DNA of 64,000 bases, taken from a virus (taxonomy: Duplodnaviria; Caudoviricetes). The first letter of the stretch is position 1, and each line of letters begins with the position of its first letter. A program made the translations under genes and the position numbers. The notes below the pieces were generated by a model, which was not told where the DNA came from, searched no databases, and saw nothing but the letters and a program-made list of their open reading frames with translations. Shown piece by piece: positions 56,953-64,000 of this stretch. The stretch lies in the IMG/VR virus record IMGVR_UViG_3300020360_000085, positions 1-64,000 of that record. One strand, 5' to 3'.

Positions 56953-57188
56953 TAGGTTTCCCAATCCTCGTCTTCATCTTCATCCTCAAAGCCTATATCA
57001 AAATGGCTTACTATTGCGGCCTGCATGACTTTATCAAAATCATGTAAATTGTTTTCAGCATCTGAGATATCAACATTATCGTCGAACGATCTGACAATGT
57101 TTTCTGCAGTATGAAGACGTTCTTTTTGTGGTACTTGGTCTTTAACACCTTCCCACACATCATAAAGTAATGCTACTTCAGGACTCAT
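56952..57188 (-). CDS. Small acidic hypothetical protein
   Basis: GGAG RBS; lies between uvsX and uvsY. Confidence 0.65.
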   Translation of the reverse strand: MSPEVALLYDVWEGVKDQVPQKERLHTAENIVRSFDDNVDISDAENNLHDFDKVMQAAIVSHFDIGFEDEDEDEDWET

Positions 57189-58284
57189 CGTTATACTCCT
57201 CAACTTCTGGTTCTAAAACGTCAGGGTCAATATCCTCAGGCTCATCTGTTTGTGCCATAGGATTTTGTCCCCATTCATCTATAACTATCTGAAGTTTGTC
57301 GTCAGTCCAGCCTTTTCTGAACTCTTTGATGATTTCTCCAGTTACAGGCGAGGTATATGCAAGTTTGTTTCCTTCTTTAACCACAATGCCTTTTGTTTCT
57401 AGCATTTCTAACATACCACTGTATGGATCCATGCCTGTTGCATAAGGAATCTTAACCTGTACAGCCTCGAAAGGTTTACTGTATCTGGATTTCATTACTT
57501 TACATGCGGCTCTAATACCTTGTACTGTTGATGTTTTATTACCTTGCTCATCTTCTTTGAGTTTTAGTTTTTTCATCGCAATAACAATACTACTTGCGTA
57601 TATAAAGCCTTGCCCACCACTTATTTTATCATCAGGATCAAACATGTCCTGACTTGCATAAGTATGGTTTGTAGCCACTAAGGCTATAGGAAAAGGTGCA
57701 ATCTGGTTTACGGTGTTTCTAACCAAGGAGGCTAGTGCCTTAGGTTTTCTACCCATATCTCCTTTCATGTCACCTTTGTTAAACTGATCTACATCAGTCG
57801 GAGTTAGCAACATACCTAAACTGTCTATTACAAAAACCAATTTAGGCATTTCGTCATATGGCAGATCGCCATAATTTGCTTTGTAGTCTTTAATGAATTC
57901 AGACAATGCTTTAGCAACGTCATCTATCATTGAAACACTAACACGTAGAAGTTTATCTGGAGATGTATCTACATCTAATGCTTGTAGCCATTGCTCGTCA
58001 AGTGCGTTCTCAGAATCGAACAACACAACCTGACAACCGGCTTTTTGAGCATTTCGTGTAATTACACCAGAACAGATAAAACTTTTACCAGAACCTGACT
58101 CACCTGCAAATACACTAACTTTACCTAATGGGATACCTCCATTGAAGTCTCCACTAATTAAGTAATCTAGTGTGTGGTTACCTGTGCTAATCCAATCTTT
58201 TGGATCATGAAATCCTGCACTAATACCACTAATGCTTTTAGTCAGTCCAGTTCTAAACTTTGTTAAGTCAAAAGGCTTTTGCAT
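57178..58284 (-). CDS. uvsX: RecA/UvsX recombinase
   Basis: ISTG...LDYLISG..GGIPLG, GESGSGKS, FDSENA, VIDSLG, GDMGRK, TNHTY, SGG. Confidence 0.95.
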   Translation of the reverse strand: MQKPFDLTKFRTGLTKSISGISAGFHDPKDWISTGNHTLDYLISGDFNGGIPLGKVSVFAGESGSGKSFICSGVITRNAQKAGCQVVLFDSENALDEQWLQALDVDTSPDKLLRVSVSMIDDVAKALSEFIKDYKANYGDLPYDEMPKLVFVIDSLGMLLTPTDVDQFNKGDMKGDMGRKPKALASLVRNTVNQIAPFPIALVATNHTYASQDMFDPDDKISGGQGFIYASSIVIAMKKLKLKEDEQGNKTSTVQGIRAACKVMKSRYSKPFEAVQVKIPYATGMDPYSGMLEMLETKGIVVKEGNKLAYTSPVTGEIIKEFRKGWTDDKLQIVIDEWGQNPMAQTDEPEDIDPDVLEPEVEEYNDES

Positions 58285-58294
58285 GATCTACCTC

Positions 58295-59311
58295 CTAACT
58301 TGATTGTCTATTTCTGATCATTGCAAGAATATCATCTGCTGACTTTTTACCTGCGTCGCCACTTGCTTCTGCTGTCGCAGTTGCTGGTGCTGGTTCAGGT
58401 GTAGCAGGTGCTTCTGCAACTGGTTCTGCTTCAACTTTTGCTTCTGCTGGTGCTGGAGCACTTACAGGAGCCACACTCTCTGTTGTAGTTGTTGATACAG
58501 GAGCAGATGCTGACTGAGTGCTTGTTCCTGTATCCAGTCCATAGGGTTTAAAAAAGTTACCCCATCTTGCTGGATCATACAGTTCTCCATCAACACTTGC
58601 TTGGAACATTTCAGCAATCGCTTGTACACCTTCTTCTGTAGGTTTTGCAGGAAGATAATCGTTAAGAGTATATAGTCCATGCGTATCGATTGCACCAAGT
58701 TGTTCCTCAGTCAATGCACTTTCTTTTCTTGCCCACTTACTAGTGGAATAATCTGCATATTGTCCTTTGGTTGTTTTTGCTAAACGGAAATCAGTACCAT
58801 TAACATAATCAGTAGGAAGGTTTTCCATTTCTGGGTCCATCAATGCTGATTTAATAATGTTAAAGATTTGAGGTCCAATAACAAAACGTCTAATTGGATT
58901 TTCTGGTGCCTCTTCGTTTAGAGGATTTTCATTTACAAAGCCTTGGAAAATATAACTTCTTTTTTTCCAATACTTTCTGCCCATATCTTCTAAAGAAGGA
59001 TCTTTAAACCAAGGTCTTACCTCAGTTAATACTGGACAGTTTTCACCAAACATTTCCATACAAGGTACTTGTACGGTTGTTGGTTTTTGATCACCACCTA
59101 CAACTCCTGGGAATGTAAGTCTAATCATTTGTCGTTCTACCCAAAAGAACGTGTTGTTTGGATCAGAGTCAGGTAGGAACCTTAGTACAGTACTTGTACC
59201 TTCGTCTATATTCCAAAATGGGTAAATTGCGTTATCGCTTTGAGCGGGGGAACTACTGGATTTGTTTTCCATAGATTGTAGTTTTGCTCTTATTTCTGCT
59301 AATGAGGCCAT
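58295..59311 (-). CDS. gp32-like single-stranded DNA-binding protein
   Basis: MASLAEIRAKL, LRFLPD, CPV, YWKKRSY, ADYSTSKW; low-complexity tail. Confidence 0.88.
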   Translation of the reverse strand: MASLAEIRAKLQSMENKSSSSPAQSDNAIYPFWNIDEGTSTVLRFLPDSDPNNTFFWVERQMIRLTFPGVVGGDQKPTTVQVPCMEMFGENCPVLTEVRPWFKDPSLEDMGRKYWKKRSYIFQGFVNENPLNEEAPENPIRRFVIGPQIFNIIKSALMDPEMENLPTDYVNGTDFRLAKTTKGQYADYSTSKWARKESALTEEQLGAIDTHGLYTLNDYLPAKPTEEGVQAIAEMFQASVDGELYDPARWGNFFKPYGLDTGTSTQSASAPVSTTTTESVAPVSAPAPAEAKVEAEPVAEAPATPEPAPATATAEASGDAGKKSADDILAMIRNRQSS

Positions 59312-59368
59312 AATGTTTCTCCTTATATGTATGCCATGTTCGTAATAAATTCATATTACTGTGCCTTA

Positions 59369-59397
59369 ATTATATTGCCATGATGCAAAAAAGTCAA
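59369..59397 (-). promoter_or_regulatory. sigma70-type promoter for the ssb-uvsX-uvsY operon
   Basis: TTGACT-N17-TATAAT; a GATAAATA box also lies at 59439-59446. Confidence 0.7.
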
Positions 59398-59460
59398 GTA
59401 CTTTTTTACAACTATTGGCCATTTCTGGCCAACAAAGTTATTTATCTTTATATACTGTTT

Positions 59461-60717
59461 TTATAGTGTATATTGGTCCAAAAACACTTCATATGCTTCA
59501 GCCATATCAACTGGAGCGGTTTTTGTACTACCACTATTAGCACCTAGTAAACAACTTTTTATAGTACCGTATTCGAACTGATTAAGTTCTCCACCAGCAC
59601 TAATTTTATTACTTAAACCTTGTAAGTAGTTGGATAAAGTTTCGTCTTTTGCACTATAACCTAACATACTTACCTGATGTCCAAGTCTTGCATTAGGATT
59701 TTCGAAATCCATAATGTCTTGCTCTGCTAAATTGTCTTTTAAATCAGCAAAGTTTTCTGACTCAATTGCTTTTGTAATTTTGCTTTCAAAACTTTTCTTT
59801 CTGGAAATTAAGTTTTTTAAACTGTCAGTTACATTTGCAACTTTATCATCAAAATGTGTTTCAGTAAATTTACTTTCAATATCTATATCGTCTGTTAGTA
59901 TATCTACTGAACTAAAATCTTCTATTCCTTCAACTGCGTTAGCATAAGTTTTTACACCACTTAGTCTTTTAAAATGCGATCTAATTTCGTTAATATTTTC
60001 TATAGCAAGTTCAACAATCTCTTGATTATCTTCATTAATAAGTTTTGCTGACTTTACATATCTCACAAACTCGCGGAGTTGTTTGTAATCTTTAGCCATA
60101 CTTACTATTGCTTCGCCTACAGTATCATGCATTTCGCCACCGTTATACATATGACGTGCCATTGCTCTGGCGGCTTGCAGATTATTTTCTGCCATTTTAA
60201 ATCTTTCATCACCACGTTGAATAAAGATACTATGTATGTTTCTGCTTCTTGCTCCACGTACTTCTTCATTTACTGCTTTTTTGTGACGAACAACCAATTT
60301 TACATTTTCTAGGGGTTGATAACTAGTCTTACTACTACCAGTCATTCTACCTAAACTGGCTTCCATTACATCTGCCATTTCTTTCTCCGCATTCTTTTTA
60401 ACATCTAACTCTTCGCCTTTTGGCTTAATTTTTTTATTAAATATTTTGTAGTCAAAATTCATTAGATAGTCTTGTGCTAAATGTTTTACCATATCTCTGA
60501 CAGGTTCCTCAGAAAGATCTTCACTTGTTGCTAACATAATTGTTTTTTCAGGAAGATTAATTCTTGCTAAAAGGTTAGGATCTGCTACTGCAAATCTTGT
60601 TGCCTCTTGTGGATTTAACACTAAATCACCATCTTTATCAAAACTTTTAACTTCATACCCAAATCCTTTGAGTATGTTAAAAAGTTTTTCTGATACTATG
60701 TCTTTATTAACTGCCAT
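59461..60717 (-). CDS. Conserved hypothetical (probable head) protein
   Basis: GATAAATA-N5-ATG; internal VME-A and VNE-E sites. Confidence 0.7.
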   Translation of the reverse strand: MAVNKDIVSEKLFNILKGFGYEVKSFDKDGDLVLNPQEATRFAVADPNLLARINLPEKTIMLATSEDLSEEPVRDMVKHLAQDYLMNFDYKIFNKKIKPKGEELDVKKNAEKEMADVMEASLGRMTGSSKTSYQPLENVKLVVRHKKAVNEEVRGARSRNIHSIFIQRGDERFKMAENNLQAARAMARHMYNGGEMHDTVGEAIVSMAKDYKQLREFVRYVKSAKLINEDNQEIVELAIENINEIRSHFKRLSGVKTYANAVEGIEDFSSVDILTDDIDIESKFTETHFDDKVANVTDSLKNLISRKKSFESKITKAIESENFADLKDNLAEQDIMDFENPNARLGHQVSMLGYSAKDETLSNYLQGLSNKISAGGELNQFEYGTIKSCLLGANSGSTKTAPVDMAEAYEVFLDQYTL

Positions 60718-60721
60718 ACAA

Positions 60722-62008
60722 CTATTTATCGTTTTTGGCTACAAAGTCGTCAATATATTTTTCAATGTCTTTAAGGTATTCTACCTTAGTATGTATTCTG
60801 TAATAAGTGTAATAATTTTGTGTAAGTATCGAACTCATTTCTTTAAGTGTGTTACACCATTTATCATGACTCCAATTACTTAATTCTAAAAATAAACTGT
60901 TTAATTTTTCTGTTTTTTCATCAGGATTATTTACGGTATCATAACTTTCGTCCCACCACTTATCAAATGTTTTAAATCCATAACTTTTTAATACTTTTAA
61001 ACTACCTGATGTACCTGCTATAACAAATGGATTTAAATGTTTTAAAGATCTATTAATTTTTTCTGTAAGTAATATACCTCTTTCTTGAGGTTCAAACTCT
61101 GTTTCATAAACAAACTCGCAGTATCCTTTATTATAAAGTTTATAGTCTATAAAATGACTCCATAATGTGTTTATATTTTGTGGCTCCCCATTTGGATTTT
61201 CTATTTTGTTATGCCAAGGTAAAGTTTTCTTAAAAGTATAATTATTATTTAAATTAAAGTCGTTTACATCCTGTTCAGTGCTATTAAAAGATATAATATT
61301 TTCTTCTAATAAATTATTTTTATAAACAAATTCTGCAAAATCACATCTGTGCTTTCTAGGTCTGCTGTTAGTAGCAATTAATTTATATGGTCTATGCTGT
61401 GGGTCTTGTAAATTTTTTACATTTTCATGATACTTTTCCATATCATTTTCATAAAATTCTACACCTAAAGATAAGTTACATGCCACTGTATCTATATCAA
61501 AAACTTTAGGCGGGTTATAATTATTTACGTTTAATACCATACTTTTAGTATTTAAATTATATTTTTTTATAGTATTATCTAATACGTTATAAAAAATTCT
61601 GCATGTATCATTTTTAGTATTTTGCAAAGGATATGTGTGTTCATATACATTATCTATAATAATTAAACATTTATTATTTTGATTATCTATAACTACATCG
61701 TTAGGTATGTCAAAAACATCTTGTTCTGTTAAAATTTTTGTATTGAATATTCTTGGTGCAACTAAAATTGGAAAAGCATATACATTTGTATCTTTATGCT
61801 CATATATTTCTATTTTGTTAGTGGGTAATTTATATAAAGGTCTGTCTTGTAAATTAAAAATTTTTACATAATCATTGTTTTTAATGATCTTAAGAATTTG
61901 ATCTTCTGTATATCCATAAGGACATAATACTTTTTGACCTTTGAGACTTAGATGCTTTTTAGGGTAAAGTTTAATTTTTGGTGTGTGTTTAGGTATATCG
62001 TATTCCAT
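60722..62008 (-). CDS. Hypothetical protein, possibly glycosyltransferase-like (GT-B, fucosyltransferase-like C-terminus)
   Basis: RPRKHR, VYET, LTEKI.RS...PFVIAG...L...GFKTF..WWDESYD. Confidence 0.45.
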   Translation of the reverse strand: MEYDIPKHTPKIKLYPKKHLSLKGQKVLCPYGYTEDQILKIIKNNDYVKIFNLQDRPLYKLPTNKIEIYEHKDTNVYAFPILVAPRIFNTKILTEQDVFDIPNDVVIDNQNNKCLIIIDNVYEHTYPLQNTKNDTCRIFYNVLDNTIKKYNLNTKSMVLNVNNYNPPKVFDIDTVACNLSLGVEFYENDMEKYHENVKNLQDPQHRPYKLIATNSRPRKHRCDFAEFVYKNNLLEENIISFNSTEQDVNDFNLNNNYTFKKTLPWHNKIENPNGEPQNINTLWSHFIDYKLYNKGYCEFVYETEFEPQERGILLTEKINRSLKHLNPFVIAGTSGSLKVLKSYGFKTFDKWWDESYDTVNNPDEKTEKLNSLFLELSNWSHDKWCNTLKEMSSILTQNYYTYYRIHTKVEYLKDIEKYIDDFVAKNDK

Positions 62009-62170
62009 TTATAATATATCGTCCATAAGTTTCTTTTTACTTTTTTGTTCACCTGCAGAAACTCCATGCGATTTAATTTCATGATTATAAAGCCATTTAT
62101 GTATTTTTGAATAGGAATAGTATATAAATCCTGTTGCTACTAATATTAAAAATATTTCTACGTTTGTCAT
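62009..62170 (-). CDS. 53-aa membrane-anchored peptide; not in the ORF track
   Basis: MTNVEIFLILVATGFIYYSYSKIHKW...; fills the gap exactly. Confidence 0.6.
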   Translation of the reverse strand: MTNVEIFLILVATGFIYYSYSKIHKWLYNHEIKSHGVSAGEQKSKKKLMDDIL

Positions 62171-62171
62171 T

Positions 62172-63755
62172 TTAAATTACTGGTAATGGTTGATCATAAC
62201 TGTCATCATCGTCATCATCATATTCATATCCAAGTCCACTACTTACAGCACTATATACATCTTCTTCAAAAGAACTAATATAATCTATCATTCTTAAACC
62301 AAGTACTAAACTCATAACTAAATCATCTGTTTGTCCTGGTTTGGCTTTAAATGAATTTGCATTAGATACAAAATTTTTAAGTTCACTTATTAAAGGTTTA
62401 CTTTGTAAATGTAATTTATCTTGCTCTATAAGTCTTTTAAGTGTTAAACAGGATTCAATTTTACTTTTATGTGTTGTATGATAACCTCTTCTGCCTTTCT
62501 TGCCCTGTATTCTTTTAGGCTCATGAAGCATTTCTCCAGGAAAATTTTCTTCGCCTGTGTCCCTAATTACTACAAGTGCGGCTTCACCTATTGCATTGTT
62601 TTCAACAGTCCAATAAATCATTGCTCCATTTGTTTCTTCTCTAATGTAATGTAATATTTCCATCATTACTTTCATTTGACCTTCAATAGGAGTTTTATTA
62701 TGATACCATTCTGCCACTTGTTGCATACTTGGAACTTCTAAAACTTGTATGGCGGCATTATCTCCACCAGTACCAGTAGCAGGGTCTAAACTTACTACAT
62801 ACATATTATCAGGTTTAGGATGTTTGTACCAACGAACTTGACCGCTTCTAAGTAAAGGATCAACACCATTAAGTTCTAAAAGTTTTAATGGATCTACAAG
62901 TGTTTCATCATATATAACAAATTCACATTCGTGTTCACGTCTAAATCTTTCTTCTCCTATCCTGCCACGTTCTTCAGTTGCCCAATCAAGATCTCTATCA
63001 GGATGTTCGTCCCAGGTTGCAAGTAGAGGTTTAAAACCATTTATACCAACTTCTTGCTCATTGCCATGTTGATCAAATAATTTGTTTGCCTGTCGCCAGA
63101 TTGTAGCAAATGTGTCCTCATCACTATTAGGTGTACTAGTAATAATACATTTACCACCTGTTGCTAATGTGGGAGACAATGCTGTCCAAAATTCTGATGC
63201 AATACGTTGAGGTACAAATGCAAACTCATCTAAGTAAACTAATGTAAGCGACATACCTCTACCAGTGTTTTCTGTTGTAGTGGCGGCAACTATTCTACTA
63301 CCATTATCAAAACTTATACTGCCTTTGTTGTATTCTGTAACTCCTGCTCTTATATGATCAGGTACACTTTCATATGCATATCTTATACGTTGCATAATTT
63401 CCTGAGCACCTGCCTGTTTATGAGCCGCAACTAATATAGTGCTATCAGGCTTAAACATAGCATACCAAAGCAAATATCCAGCCGCCACAGTAGTTTTACC
63501 CATCTGTCTACCCAACATATTAATACTGTATCTGAAACTATTATAATTGTGTATAAGATCTAATTGATAACTAAATGGATCAAAATCTATACCGCCCTGT
63601 GTTGGATGCTGTATTTTAACATGATTAGACATAAAATACAGAGGACCTGTATCTGGATTTGCACAGTTTTTAAAATCTTCAAGGGTATCTGGTGTATATG
63701 CTACTTTGCTGTAGCCTGGTTTAACCAGACTGGTATCTGCTGTTCCTCTTGCCAT
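62172..63755 (-). CDS. terL: Terminase large subunit (gp17-like)
   Basis: LGRQMGKTT, VYLDEFAFV, ITSTPN, DPATGTGGD, VENN, DDLVM. Confidence 0.95.
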   Translation of the reverse strand: MARGTADTSLVKPGYSKVAYTPDTLEDFKNCANPDTGPLYFMSNHVKIQHPTQGGIDFDPFSYQLDLIHNYNSFRYSINMLGRQMGKTTVAAGYLLWYAMFKPDSTILVAAHKQAGAQEIMQRIRYAYESVPDHIRAGVTEYNKGSISFDNGSRIVAATTTENTGRGMSLTLVYLDEFAFVPQRIASEFWTALSPTLATGGKCIITSTPNSDEDTFATIWRQANKLFDQHGNEQEVGINGFKPLLATWDEHPDRDLDWATEERGRIGEERFRREHECEFVIYDETLVDPLKLLELNGVDPLLRSGQVRWYKHPKPDNMYVVSLDPATGTGGDNAAIQVLEVPSMQQVAEWYHNKTPIEGQMKVMMEILHYIREETNGAMIYWTVENNAIGEAALVVIRDTGEENFPGEMLHEPKRIQGKKGRRGYHTTHKSKIESCLTLKRLIEQDKLHLQSKPLISELKNFVSNANSFKAKPGQTDDLVMSLVLGLRMIDYISSFEEDVYSAVSSGLGYEYDDDDDDSYDQPLPVI

Positions 63756-63779
63756 ACAGTTATTTATATAAGTGAGGGT

Positions 63780-64000
63780 TTAAGAAAGGCTTTTTTTAAG
63801 TTTATCTTTTAAATAGTTTGTTAAAACTTCTTTATCTGTTGACATTGAAGCATCTGCAGGAGATATTACCATTACTTGGTCCATGTCATCTTTAGGTTCC
63901 ATTTCTGGTTCTTCATGATCATCATGGTCTTTGTGATCTGGTGTATGATCTACCTCTCCGCTTTTTTCAAAATCTATACCTGCAAGTCTTAAAATGTCGT
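63780..64000 (-). CDS. 3' end of an acidic hypothetical protein (partial)
   Basis: Open frame ...DILRLAGIDFEKSGEV...KLKKSLS* running off the window edge. Confidence 0.65.
   Translation of the reverse strand, partial: DILRLAGIDFEKSGEVDHTPDHKDHDDHEEPEMEPKDDMDQVMVISPADASMSTDKEVLTNYLKDKLKKSLS

Noticed and set aside
1-64000. Stop-codon reassignment as in some jumbo phages
   Set aside because: Code 11 gives dense full-length genes, and TAA, TAG and TGA all appear as genuine stops

Overview
This AT-rich 64 kb window is a segment of a large lytic dsDNA tailed phage with T4-like replication and late-transcription logic; the gene set and order resemble Rak2/GAP32-type jumbo myoviruses (inference). 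Almost every gene is on the minus strand and the standard genetic code gives dense coding. Core genes are the large terminase, gp32-like SSB, UvsX, UvsY, UvsW, a clamp-loader small subunit, primase, replicative helicase, a minimal DnaE-like polymerase domain, NrdA/NrdB, a PAAR spike protein and three tRNAs. The AT-rich, proteobacterial-type accessory genes suggest a marine Gram-negative, probably gammaproteobacterial, host (inference). Five things stand out. (1) A tRNA-adjacent electron-transfer cassette: cytochrome c, pseudoazurin, 7Fe ferredoxin, alternative oxidase, an EF-hand protein and several tiny membrane peptides. (2) About ten genes whose products begin with a T4 capsid-targeting-like motif, including 1414-aa and 2218-aa modular proteins whose enzyme domains (Cu/Zn SOD, 2x ParB-like, GNAT-like, Cys-His protease-like, amidoligase) are separated by hydrophobic-X-E prohead-protease-like sites. 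(3) A TonB-dependent receptor with its own consensus sigma70 promoter. (4) A recurrent ATAAATA-N5-start architecture implying leaderless late mRNAs. (5) A three-hairpin 3'-UTR RNA presenting an anti-Shine-Dalgarno loop. All family assignments come from motifs read by eye; no database searches were run.
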